Positions 13,706-24,940 of a stretch of 64,000 nt of DNA are shown here, one piece after another. Location of the stretch: assembly GCA_951406725.2 (NCBI GenBank), contig OX597816.1, forward strand, positions 113,646,001-113,710,000. Reading direction: 5' to 3'. Numbering within the stretch: position 1 is the first letter of the stretch; every line of letters starts with the position of its first letter. This stretch comes from Octopus vulgaris. Taxonomy: Eukaryota. The position numbers were made by a program, and so were the translations under genes. The notes under the pieces are model-generated. The model was given only the letters and a program-made list of their open reading frames with translations. It made no database searches and was not told the DNA's origin.

Positions 13706-14185
13706 GATAAGACAGTAAGGTGTGATTTGAGGGAGATTTGGCTGCTATTTCTACCATGTCTAGCTGCCATGTAGGGGTCTCCCTCATAGGCTCATACATA
13801 CATATATACATAGATAAGACAGTAAGGTGTGATTTGGGGGAAATTTGGCTGCTATTTCTACCAGGTCTAGCTGCCATGTAGGGGTCTCCCTCATAGGCTC
13901 ATACATACATATATACATAGATAAGACAGTAAGGTGTGATTTGGGGGAAATTTGGCTGCTATTTCTACCAGGTCTAGCTGCCATGTAGGGGTCTCCCTCA
14001 TAGGCTCATACATACATATATACATAGATAAGACAGTAAGGTGTGATTTGGGGGAAATTTGGCTGCTATTTCTACCAGGTCTAGCTACCATGTAGAGGTC
14101 CCCCTCATTGGCTCATATATATATACATACATAAGACAGTAAGGTGTGATTTGAGGGAGATTTGGCTGCTATTTCTACCAGGTCT
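13706..14185 (+). repeat. Tandem repeat, 107-bp unit, about 4.5 copies
   Basis: Unit gataagacagtaaggtgtgatttg...ggctcatacatacatatatacata starts at 13706, 13813, 13920, 14027 and about 14130; near-identical copies with no unique spacers. Confidence 0.95.
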
Positions 14186-14550
14186 GTTAGGCCTTCTCAT
14201 GTAAACTCAAGCTTTCTCATGCCTTCAACATATGACCAAAGCAGAGAATGTATTCTTTTATTCTTCTGCTTTTTCCAGCCATTGGTCTGTGGCCATGCTG
14301 GGGCAATGCCTTGAAGAATTGTAGTTTAATGAATCAACTCCAGTTTTATTTTTGTAAGCATTGTACTTATTCTATCTGTTTCCTTTGTCAAACCACTAGG
14401 TGACAGGGATGTAAACAAACCAACATTCGTTGTCAAGCAGTGGTGGAGGACAATCACAAGCACAGACACGCACACACACACACATACATGCATACACATA
14501 TACACACATACATACATACATACATATATATATATGTGTGTATATATATA

Positions 14551-14872
14551 TTGCAGCGTGGAAGGTGTTTGTAAGCCATTTAAGAAACACACAAAAACCG
14601 TTACATTCACTTCAACATTTAAATTTAATTTGCCAAAATATTTTCGTCGCTTTCAGACCGCGACCTGTTCACTGACAAAAATATCGTGCTAACAGGTCGC
14701 GGTCTCAAAGCGACGAAAATATTTTCACAAATTAAATTTAAATGTTGAAGTGAATCTAACGGTTTTTGTGTGTTTCTTAAATGGCTTATAAACACCTTCA
14801 ACGCTGCAACTGTTTTCGTTCCAGCACACGATCTCAGATCAAGTCACTTGCTATGCAAGTACATCTCTGTAA
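14551..14872. mobile_element. Foldback element (Penelope-like inverted terminal repeat), 119-bp arms
   Basis: Arms 14551-14669 and 14691-14809, 6 mismatches by manual alignment, 21-nt spacer. The right arm continues about 60 bp; flanked by (TA)n. Confidence 0.8.
14629..14679 (-). ncRNA. Minimal type I hammerhead ribozyme variant with G3-C8 core (GUGAACA)
   Basis: Minus: tttgtca-GTGAACA-g-gtcgc(ggtctgaaa)gcgac-GAAA-atat-TT-tggcaaa. 7-bp stem I, 5-bp stem II, 1-bp stem III with a palindromic loop. Confidence 0.65.
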
Positions 14873-14973
14873 CTATATATATATTTATATATATATATAT
14901 ATATGTATATTGGTAAAAACAGTAAGATAACAAAAGAAAGAAAGAGACCTCAATATTATGTAAATAGAGGAAA

Positions 14974-15368
14974 TCTTTATATATAAAAGTGAGGTTGTGT
15001 GTCTGTCTCCTACGATTTAGATTCCTAACTACTCTCACATTTTGCGGTGCAGTTTAGCCAAAACCGGGTATCTTATAGTCGTGATTCATATCGAGACCGT
15101 CTGGGTATTAGCGCGCGTCTACGATGAGTCTACGATTTAAAAAAAAATTTACCATCAATTTTTCCCATTTTTAATCCATTTTTGACATATATAAGGGAAG
15201 TAACTCTCTAAAATTTATTATTAAATCTCAGAACGTAAAAAGCTACAGTAACACCCCTCCCCCTTTGTGGTTAGCCATATTGAGATGGCTATTATACTTT
15301 ACATCTCTAAAAATGCTTATATAATTATTTCCCTTACAAACCCGAGCAACGCCGGGCGATACTGCTAG
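14974..15368 (+). mobile_element. Non-autonomous Helitron, complete
   Basis: A|TC 5' end, subterminal hairpin cccgagcaacgccggg (15341-15356), CTAG|T 3' end, no TSD. Confidence 0.85.
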
Positions 15369-15549
15369 TATATATATATATATATATGTACATATATATA
15401 CAACAGCTTCTTTCAATTTCTATCTACCAAATCCACTCACAAGGCTTTTGTGTCAATCTGAGACTGTAGTAGAAGCTACTTGCCCAAAGTCCCAAGTGGT
15501 GAGATTGAACCCAGAGCTATGTGGTTGGGAAGTAAGCTTCTTTTCTACT

Positions 15550-15731
15550 CTAGATACAAGGCTTGAAGTTTTTGGGAAGGGTGCCAGTCAATTAGATTGA
15601 TTCCAGTATGCACCCTGAAAGGATGAAAGGCAAAGTTGACCTTGGCAGAATTTGAACTCAGAATGTAAAGAGAGACGAAATACCGCTAAGCATTTCGCCT
15701 GGCGTGCTAACATTTCTGCCAGCTTGCCGCC
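15550..15731 (-). mobile_element. SINE family B inserted in the head of a family A SINE
   Basis: ccctgaaaggatgaaaggcaaagttgacc...gaatttgaactcagaa...ctgccagcttgccgcc; tgggaagtaagcttct occurs on both sides (about 15526 and 15733), TSD-like. Confidence 0.8.
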
Positions 15732-15797
15732 ATGGGAAGTAAGCTTCTTACAAAATAGCCACACCTACACCTGTGCAAGCACGCGCGCACACACACA

Positions 15798-15846
<49 letters not shown>

Positions 15847-17141
15847 TATATTTGTTTTGCAAGATTTTAGATGTGAAATTGTTCATTGAAACAGATGTTG
15901 AATCTCAGGACAGTAATTTTGCCATTAATAAACATACTCAGTGATTCTGTTTCACTTCTTTATATTATTATTTGTCAACAAATTAACTAATTAACCATTT
16001 AACTAATCAATTAATTGTTCAATCAATCAATCAGCTAGTTTATGAGAGTGTCTTTTGTTTTTAAATACATGATACTACAGATGAGTAATTTTATCTTTTA
16101 GCATTCTGTTAGATTTTTTATGTACTTTTCCGCCTGTAAACTTTGGTTTCCTTTTCTGTTTTGCTTTACAGTTTATACACTTTCCTCAGCAACCATTATT
16201 TCTTCTTTTGTCTCACATAAATGGGGTTACTGTTAGGGGACAAAGGGCTTGCTCTTTTATAATCAATTTTTTCTGCTAATCTTTGAGGTTTGACTGATGG
16301 TGCTCTATAAATTGGAGATTATTGTTATCTACTGGTCTCTATTGACTTTGTTTCTGGTTTGTTTGCTTATTTTTCCTAGTTCTTCATGGCAAGAGGCTTT
16401 GCAGTGGGTCTGTAAATGTAGGCCTTTCACCCTCTATCCTCAGTCTCATTCCCTTTGCCTAGGTGACCTCAATTGGATACAGCTCTACCATAACTTTGTA
16501 GCCTTTAGTGGTCATTAGAAGTTGCAAATCCATTTTGGTGTCCCTTGCCCATATTTCACCTCATTAACCCTGTCTTAGCCACTGGTACATATGGCAATAC
16601 AAAAGTGACAACCACTCCCAGATCTACTTTTCTGATGTCTCTTATTTCCACTCTTGTAGCTCTTTGTTCATGTACCTGGGCACAGATTTATGGATGGAGG
16701 TGTGTCTAACAATTTCAGCCTGTGTTTTTGGCTGAGTTTCCAGTTTTGATGGTGAAAGAGATTGTCATAATTTGTTTCTCTTTTTCAGTTCAGAGTATTT
16801 CTTCTGAAAACTTACTGTTCTCTTCAAAGACATTTTGGCAAAATTTAACAGTTTCAAAGCAAAATTTGAAATTTTAAAATGAGAAATTCGCCCCTAATAG
16901 GGGAAAATTCTGCTTAACCGATTAGCTCAGCAAGAGCCCAGTTGGCTTGGCTATACAAATATTAAAAAATATCAAGTTGCTTAACAATATTTCCAATAAA
17001 AATTGGCCAAAAACTTACAGCTTCAGGAGACATGTCCATCTGCTTTGAAAACAACAACAACAATAATAATAATATATAATATGAAGAGTGCTCTTTGTAT
17101 TGTCTATTTACCTTTGTGAGGAGTTATGCCAATCCTTTTAA

Positions 17142-17185
<44 letters not shown>

Positions 17186-17187
17186 TA

Positions 17188-18750
17188 ATAGACAGAAAAA
17201 CTAGAAAGTTGTTGACAATGTATGGAGCCCACCATCCAAAAGCTGATATCAACCAGCTGTACAAGGCGGAAGAGGTTTAATAGCAGTAGAACAATGTGTA
17301 CAAAGGGAAAGAAAATGCCTAGTAGAGTATTTACAGCGCAGCACATAAGAACTACCAAAGACAGTAAATAAAGAACAAGTATCAAGAGTGTAATAGGAGA
17401 AAAGGACAAGAATGAAATTCAAAGAGAGCACATCTGATAGATTGAAGAGAAACCCTTGCATGGCCAATTTTGGAGAACCACTGAAGATGTATGTGGAACA
17501 AAATCCTGGGTTTGGTTAAAAAAGGGGCAATTAAAAAAAAGAAACAGAGAGCTTAATTATAGCAGCCCAAGATCAAGTGATAAAAACAAGCAACTTACTC
17601 TTTACTCTCTTCACTCTTTTACTTGTTTCAGTCATTTGACTGTGGCCATGCTGGAGCACCACCTTTAGTTGAGCAAATTGACCCCAGGACTTATTCGTTG
17701 TAAGCCCAATACTTATTCAATCGAATCCTTTTTGCCGAACCGCTAAGTTACAGGGATGTAAACACATCAGCATCGGTTGTCAAGCGATGTTGGGGGGAGG
17801 GGGTCAAACACAGACACACAAACATATACACACACACATACACACACATATATACATACATATATATGACGGGCTTCTTTCAGTTTCCATCTACCAAATC
17901 CACTCACAAGGCTTTGGTTGGCCTGAGGCTATAGTAGAAGACACTTGTCCAAGGTGCCACGCAGTGGGACTGAACCCAGAACCATGAGGTTGGTAAGCAA
18001 GCTACTTACCACACAGCCACTCCTATGCCTTGAGAAAAAATATATATGGAGAGAATGTGTCAGAAAAACGTAGAGCCTGCAGAACTTGGAATGTGACAGT
18101 GGCACACATTGTGACAGAATGACATATGTTGGCACGGGAAAAATATAAAAGATGGATGCATGATCAGGCTGTAAAAGTTTTACATGGGAAACTGTGCCAG
18201 AAAAGGGGATTTGGAGCTGGGAACACATGGTATAATCACTAAGTTGAAAGAGTACTGGATTTAGAGCAATGTAGGATTTTGTGATACTTTCCTATTCAAG
18301 CAGACAAGAAGTTAGAAAACAATAGACTGGACCTAACTATTATAGATAAGGAAAAGTGAAGGTGCTTATCGATTGACCCATCATGCCCATTTGGTTCTGG
18401 GATCATAAAGAAAGAGGAAGAAAAACAAAAAGCATACAATGCCTTAAAATTTGTAATAGGAAGAATTTGGATCATGAGAACAGTAAAGATTGTACCTATA
18501 ATAATTGGTGTGTTCAAAACAGTAAGCAAAGATATATACAAATGGTTGAAGGAGATTAGAATCGAATGCCTGGTGGAGCTCCTACAGAAAGTTTGTCTTT
18601 TAGGGACAATAAGGATTATCAGGAGAGTTCTCAGTACTTGAAAGACTGCTGAAAACTTGTGGATACCTAAGGTTACAGGTAGTAACCTGCTATCCATGTA
18701 AATCCTACCAGGAATAAGACTGAACCTGAGCCAAACCAAAATAATAATAA
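17188..18750 (+). mobile_element. R4/Dong-clade LINE, 5'-truncated pseudogene, inserted in (TAA)n
   Basis: IDRKTRKLLTMYGAHHPKADI..LY, GGRGL, KPLHGQFW, ETESLIIAAQDQ, decayed zinc knuckle, and a restriction-like endonuclease (NNRLDL..IDPSCPF..KIVPIIIG..LQKVCLLGTIRIIRRVLST*, stop at 18639-18641). (TAA)n at both ends. Confidence 0.9.
17593..18029 (-). mobile_element. SINE family A, full length, nested in the Dong/R4 element
   Basis: Complete head, body and tail interrupting the LINE reading frame. Confidence 0.9.
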
Positions 18751-18754
18751 AGAC

Positions 18755-19032
18755 GGACTCTCCTGTCGAACATGATGTTTGGGTGTTCAGCTTTTGCTGA
18801 ATGACCTGCACAAATAATTTGGTTATAGTGATCAAATATTTGTTTTACACATTAGCTCACCCTTTCCATCAAATCAACGTTGTCTGAACAGGCACATGGT
18901 GTACCACACATCAGGTTTCGAAGTAATTGTAGAGTAATGTGAGAATACAATGCACCACCTGGAGTAAGAATTGAAACTACGATCTCACAATTGTGAGTGC
19001 AACACCCTAACCACTAAGCTATGTGCCCTTGC
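18755..19032 (-). mobile_element. SINE family C (tRNA head)
   Basis: Reverse complement aligns with 23262-23560 (agcttagtggttagggtgttgcactcacaat...attactataaacaaatcatttgtgcaggtcatt). Confidence 0.7.
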
Positions 19033-19077
<45 letters not shown>

Positions 19078-19079
19078 TC

Positions 19080-19462
19080 TTTTATTCCTTTTTCTATTAC
19101 TTGTTTCAGTCATTTGACTGCAGCCATGCTGGAACACCACCTTTAGTCAAGCAAATCGACCCCAGGACTTATTCTTTGTAAGCCTTATACTTATTCTGTC
19201 GGCCTCTTTTACTGAACTGCTAAGTTACAGGGATGTAAACACACCAGCATTGGTTGTCAAGCAATGGTGGGGGCACAAACACACGGACACACACACACAC
19301 AACAGGCTTCTTTCAGTTTCCATCTACCAAATCCACTCACAAGGCTTTGGTCGGCCTGAGGCTATAGTAAAAGACACTTGCCCAAGGTGCCATGCAGTAT
19401 GACTGAACCCGGAACCATGTTGTTGGTTAGCAAGCTCCTTACCACACATCCACGCCTGTGCC
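19080..19462 (-). mobile_element. SINE family A, full length, between (AAT)n tracts
   Basis: Complete motifs. Confidence 0.9.
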
Positions 19463-19465
19463 TAA

Positions 19466-19523
<58 letters not shown>

Positions 19524-19920
19524 AATAATGATAATAATAATGAGAAAAAAGAAGGGCAAGAAAAAGAAGGTGATAGTGGTTATGATGATGCTAACGTTAA
19601 GTGTTAAAATAATAGTATTGATGATAAAAACAGCAGTAAAAGAAATAAAATTAATAGTGTTAATAATGATCGTAGAATTTATAAAAAAAATTGTAATAAC
19701 ATTAAAAATGCTGGCAATAATAATGATTGTGATAATAGTAAAAATAGTAGAAATAATAAATCATAGCCAAAATGTTCAACCCTAAACTGAGCTCTTCCAG
19801 CATGTACAGGTTAAAGTACCTATTGCCAAACTTCAAAGCTTGCTAACAATCCTTTTACTGCCATTATAACCATTATTGCTGCTATCATTATTATTACTAT
19901 TGTTACTGTTTTAATAGGCT

Positions 19921-20346
19921 ATTGTTAAATAAATTATATTACTTCCCCCTGGACCTTTTAATTGTAGCTAAACTTTGTTGTGTAAAAACATTCTAATTAT
20001 CGCGAAATAAAAAGAGAGTGCGAATGAGAGATGTCAACTAACTGATTCATTAAATATATGATTAAAAAATTATAGTTTTTGGTCGATTTAGAAAATACAC
20101 AAGCACTCACACATGCAGGTTTCTGCATTTGCATGTGTGCATGTATGCATGTATGTATGCGTGTATATTTACTAAATCGAACCAAACGCTATAATTTTTT
20201 AATCATATATTTAATGAAGCAGTTGGTTGATGAATCTCATTTGCAAATGCTTCTTCATATTTTTAGCTAATTAGTATGATTTTGCACAACAAAGGTTAGC
20301 TACAATTAAAAGGTCCAATGGGAGGTAGCATAATTTATTTAACAAT
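19921..20346. repeat. Long imperfect inverted repeat (foldback or MITE-like), arms about 180 bp
   Basis: attgttaaataaattat...ggaccttttaattgtagcta...ttcattaaatatatgattaaaaaattatag...tcgatttag mirrored by ctaaatcga...ctataattttttaatcatatatttaatgaa...tagctacaattaaaaggtcc...ataatttatttaacaat. Confidence 0.85.
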
Positions 20347-20410
20347 TATATGGTACAAACAAATACTATGCAATAGTGTGAACACAGCATACAAGAAACC
20401 TTTCTTATTG

Positions 20411-21202
20411 ACTCTCTTTTACTTGTTTCAGTCATTTGACTGTGGCCATGCTGGAGCACCACATTAGTCGAGCAAATCAACTCCAGGACTTATTCTTTGT
20501 AAGTCTAGTACTTATTCTATCGGTCTCTTTTACCAAGCCGCTAAGTTACAGGGACGTAAACACACCACCATCGGTTGTCAAGCGATGCTGGGGGGACAAA
20601 CACAGGTACACAAACATATACACACACATATATATATATACATACAAGCAGTATAGCCCAGCATTGCTCAGGTTTGTTTCGACCCTTTAGAATTGGAATT
20701 TTTGAACAGTAAAAATTTTGCATTATGTAGCTTGTTATTTTCTTTAAGTGAACATTTTTCTGGTTGAAATACACCGAAAAAATGGTGACACAGCAGTCAA
20801 AAAATCATAAAAAATAGGCATTTTCATAGAAAAAAAAATCACCTTTTTTATGGAAATAATTTTTGATGTTAATATGGTCTGATTTAATTTTTCTTCTACA
20901 GAATGAAGAGCAAGCTTTCTTCTATCATACTCTGAATTTTGGTCAACTTGCGCTGCAGGGTCTCGGAGGAGATAGTGTTAGTTGAAGGCTGCCAAGCCTG
21001 CCATACACAGACAACTTCAGCTTTATATATATAGATATATGACAGGCTTCTTTCAGTTTCCGTCTACCAAATCCACTCACAGGGCTTTGGTCAGCCTGAA
21101 GCTATAGTAGAAGACACTTACCCAAGGTGCCACGCAGTGGGACTGAACCCAGAACCATGTGGTTGGTAAGCAAGCTACTTACCACATAACCACTCCTGTG
21201 CC
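20411..21202 (-). mobile_element. SINE family A with a nested Helitron
   Basis: Tail at about 20411-20640, head at about 21040-21202. Confidence 0.85.
20645..21035 (-). mobile_element. Non-autonomous Helitron (termini related to 14974-15368, different interior)
   Basis: Minus 5' end TCtatatatataaagctgaagttgtctgtgt; 3' end acaaacctgagcaatgctgggctatactgcttg, equivalent to acaaacccgagcaacgccgggcgatactgctag. Confidence 0.8.
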
Positions 21203-21246
21203 TTATACTCTGAGTGTATAACCATTATGTATAAATATCTGATGAA

Positions 21247-21590
21247 GGTGCATGGCTCAGTGGTTAGAGCATTGGGCTCACAATCATGAGGTAGTGAGTT
21301 CGATTACTGGACTGGGCTGTGTGTTGTGTTCTTGAACAAGACACTTCATTTCATGTTGCTCCAGTTCACTCAGCTGTAGAAATGAGTTGTGGTGTCACTG
21401 GTGTCAAGCTGTATCAGCCTTTGCCTTCTTCTTGGATAACATCAGTGGTGTGGAGATGGGAGGCTGGTAAGCACGAGCGACTGCTGGTCTTCCATAAACA
21501 ACCTCGTACAGACTTGTGTCTTGGAGGGTAACTTTCGAGGGGCAATCCCATGGTCATTCATGACTGAAGGGGGTCTTTACCCTTACCCTT
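21247..21590 (+). mobile_element. tRNA-derived SINE with clear Pol III A and B boxes
   Basis: A box tggctcagtgg, B box gttcgatt, then tgtgttcttgaacaagacactt; tail ttacccttaccctt. Confidence 0.8.
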
Positions 21591-21701
21591 ATAAATATCT
21601 ATACATACACATTTGTATCTATGATGATAATAATGATATGTATAATGATGATATATATAATGGTGATATCGTTTAACATCCACTTTCCACGCTAGCATGG
21701 G

Positions 21702-21737
<36 letters not shown>

Positions 21738-22239
21738 TTATTTCAGTCATTGGACTGTGGGCATGCTGGAGCACTGCCTTGGTGGATTTAGTTGAATAAA
21801 TCACCCCCAGTACTTTTTACACCTTTAAAGCCTGATACTTATTCTATAGGTTTCTTTTTGCAAAGTTGCTAAGTTACTTGGATGTAAACAAACCTACATA
21901 GGTTATCAAGTGGTGGTGGTGGTGGTGGTGGGATAAACCTTCCTCTTTACAAGAGTACCTCTCAGTATAGTCTGCATGACAAGTGATGCAGGCATGCATT
22001 GTTGTACCCAATTTTTACATGACTACTATGACCTTATTTCTCTCTCTTTAAATCATTGTCCCCTCATTTAACCAAATGGAAAGAAGTTGGATCTGTGCTG
22101 TATGGTGGACAGCAGACCACAAGGCCAGTCCCCACCCCCCATCATCATCATCACCACCACCACCACCACCACCACCACCGCCGCCACCGCCACCAGTACC
22201 ACCACCACCGCCACCACCACCACCACCACCATCATCATC

Positions 22240-22412
22240 ATTATTATTTTTGGGGTTTCGCTCAAGTTCAGTCTTATTTCTGGTAGGAATTTCTTATATT
22301 TCTTATATTATTCCTGTGCTAACTTGGGGCATTCTGTCAAAATGTGTGTCCTTGTCTCAGTCCAAGTTCTGCAAGCTCTACATTTTTCTGACACATTCTC
22401 TCCTTATTATAT
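22240..22412 (-). mobile_element. Internally deleted Dong/R4 copy
   Basis: Reverse complement matches 18048-18150 fused directly to the 3' UTR at 18700-18750; (TAA)n at both ends. Confidence 0.75.
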
Positions 22413-22469
22413 TTTCTCTCAAGTTTATTTTTATCGCTGGCTTTGTGCCAAAATTTAAAACTATTATTT

Positions 22470-22682
22470 GTGTGGTATCTTGCAGTATTATTTGCACTCT
22501 GAACAAAATGCTTCACAGTATTTCATTTGTCTTTACATTCTGCGTTCAGAATTTTGCTGAGGTTGACTTTACCTTTCATCCTTTTGAGTTGATAAAATAT
22601 GTACCTGTCAAATACTGAGGTTGATGTAAATGACTTCTCCCTCCCCTCAAAAACTTCTGGTTCTGTGCTAAAATTCGAAATC
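22470..22682 (+). mobile_element. SINE family B, partial
   Basis: gaggttgactttacctttcatccttttgagttgataaaat...tgtgctaaaattcgaaa. Confidence 0.7.
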
Positions 22683-22734
22683 ATTATTATTGTTATTATT
22701 ATTATTTATACACACACACACATATATATATGTA

Positions 22735-23245
22735 CCATAAATCCTCGAGTATAGTCCGCCGTTGAGTATAATACGCAGGGGATTTTTAGGGGGCTGTAAC
22801 TCTGAAAAACCTAAACCTTATGTATAATACATACCCCTTCTCTAACTTGAGTCAAGGAGGTCTATATAACATCTTTGGTTTGTAAACATGTATACGGTAA
22901 CGTACTTTATTATTATTGTATATATTACATAATGCAAACGTGTAGCATTTTTATGCATTTTGTTTGCAGAAAATAAAGAAATAACAGTAATAACGTTTAA
23001 TAAATGTTGTTTACGGCAAGTTATGGATGATTCTTTTATAACTTTATTGCTTTCAGGCTTAGCTTAAGGTATTTTTGCGCCCAACATCACAAAATGTGTC
23101 TGAATAAACATTGCCGGACAGCAAATAGAGACTCGAACATTGCTTAGAAAATAATTTTCATTTTAACCTCATGTATAATATGCACTAGGGATTTTGACCT
23201 TTAAATTTTAGGGAAAAAATGTGGATTATATTTGAGGATTTACGG
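22735..23245. mobile_element. pogo/Tigger-like MITE (Tc1/mariner superfamily), 511 bp
   Basis: TA TSD; TIRs of about 25 bp, ccataaatcctcgagtatagtccgc and gtggattatatttgaggatttacgg; internal repeats of a gtataatacgca-like motif. Confidence 0.85.
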
Positions 23246-23261
23246 TATACATATATACAGT

Positions 23262-23560
23262 GAGGATGCATGGCCTCCTGGTTAAGATGTTGCGTGTACA
23301 ATCACAAGATCATGGTTTCAATTCACAGATCAGGTGTTGCACTGTGTTCTTGTGCAAAACACTTCATCTTTCACATTGCTCTGCAATCACTTTGACACCT
23401 GACAATGTGGTACACCATGCACTCATTCAGGCAACTTTGACTTGACAGAGAAAGTGAGCTAATATACAGGACATGCACTTGATTACTATAAACAAATCAT
23501 TTGTGCAGGTCATTTGGCAAAAGCTAAGCATTCATACATTATCTTTGCCTGGAGAGGCCA
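23262..23560 (+). mobile_element. SINE family C
   Basis: tRNA-like head, tgtgttcttgtgcaaaacacttcat body; homologous to 18755-19032. Confidence 0.7.
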
Positions 23561-23649
23561 TCATAATTTCATCTAACATACTTAGTTTGTTGCTGGAGGT
23601 GTCATTAATATGCAAGCTGTTCACTTCTCATAAACCAAGGCGGTACTTA

Positions 23650-23800
23650 CTTTTCAAGTCTTGAGAACTTGGCAGAAATCCTTGCAATGCTAAGTAATAC
23701 TGTTTTCTGGCTGTTCCCTGTTTTCACTTTTATGCCTATCATTCCATATATATTTTAAATTTCTTTGCTCACTGTACCTAGGGTACCAACGATTGTTGAC
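23650..23800 (-). pseudogene. R4-clade endonuclease C-terminal fragment, frameshifted
   Basis: Minus: IVGTLGTVSK...IGIKVKTGNSQKTVLLSIARI. Confidence 0.55.
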
Positions 23801-23802
23801 AT

Positions 23803-24045
23803 TGGTGGTGAGCTGGCAGAATCATTAGCACACCGGACCAAATGCTTAGCAGCATTTCATTCGTCTTCATGTTCTGAGTTCAATTTCTCCCAAGCTCAAC
23901 ATTGCCATTCATCCTTACAAGGGTGAAGAAATAAGTACCAGTTGAACTCTGGGGGCCAATGTAATTGACTAGTCCCCGCCCTTCAAAAACAAAAATAAAA
24001 AAGAGCAAAAAAAATCAGATCTCATGCCTATAATTGAAAGAATCA
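23803..24045 (+). mobile_element. SINE family B
   Basis: tggtggtgagctggcagaatcattagcac...ttctgagttcaat...aagtaccagttga. Confidence 0.8.
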
Positions 24046-24186
24046 TTCCTTTGCCTCATGTGACATTTATTTTCTTAACTGTTGATTAGTTACAGCGAAT
24101 AGATTTCCCATTTATTATGATTTATATGAAAGAGCTGATGATGGTAGATTTGGTTTATTGATCAACAAATGTCTCATAGTATTTAG

Positions 24187-24310
24187 CCAGCTTTCTTTAC
24201 ATTCTGAGTTCCAATTCTGCTGAGTTTGAATTTGCCTGTCATGCTTCCAGCTTTCTTTACATTCTGAGTTCCAATTCTGCTGAGTTTGAATTTGCCTGTT
24301 ATGCTTCCAG
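24187..24310 (+). repeat. 60-bp tandem duplication inside a decayed family B SINE
   Basis: Two units differing at one position, bounded by ccag. Confidence 0.9.
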
Positions 24311-24940
24311 TGAGTCAATAAACTAAAGCACTAAATAAGTACTATGATCAATTTTAAGAGAGTGTGTATATACACACACACAAACACACACATACACACA
24401 CACATGCACATGTAAGTACGCATGCATGTTTACACATCATCAACATCATCATCATTTAAAGACAATTTTTCATGCTGGCATAGGTTGGACATGTGTGTGT
24501 ATGTGTGTGTGTGTGCATGCGTGTGTGTACGGGTGCGTATATATGTATATATATATATATATATATAATAATATGAGGGAATATTATTCCAAACTTACAG
24601 GGAAAAATTCAATTTAGAAATACTAAATCAAATTTCACAAAATATAAGATATATATATATATATATATTTATATATATTACAGACCAGACGCATTTTCAT
24701 CTGCCTCCCCTTTAATCTTTTTTCTTGTCAAAGAATATTCTTCCAGTGCTCACTACCTTACTACGTCTGGCCTAATGGCCCTCCATGTTTGTTTTCATTT
24801 GGTTTGTTGTATGTCTCCACTATCCTGTTTTTGTTACCAACTTTGACCCTCCACAAATCCCAAATTTTATTTTGGTTCGCAAGAGCAATTGACTTTCGAA
24901 GCCTCATATTGTCATTGATTGCACGAAATGAAGAGTAGAT

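Larger units (their letters stand above)
14252..15545 (-). mobile_element. SINE family A split by nested insertions (3' half about 14252-14470, 5' half about 15400-15545)
   Basis: The two halves are collinear on either side of the expanded central microsatellite, which holds a foldback element and a Helitron. Confidence 0.75.

Noticed and set aside
13706-14185. Regularly spaced repeats as a CRISPR array
   Set aside because: Whole 107-bp units are repeated with no unique spacers, there are no cas genes, and the context is eukaryotic.
18296-18835. 179-aa minus-strand ORF
   Set aside because: Antisense shadow of the R4/Dong endonuclease region plus a SINE.
21247-21320. tRNA gene
   Set aside because: A and B boxes are present, but I see no proper acceptor stem or terminator, and it continues into a SINE body seen elsewhere in the window.
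22056-22618. Poly-Pro, poly-His and poly-Thr ORFs as a formin- or extensin-like exon
   Set aside because: They come from a (CAC)n/(CAT)n microsatellite running into Dong and SINE fragments; no splice or domain support.
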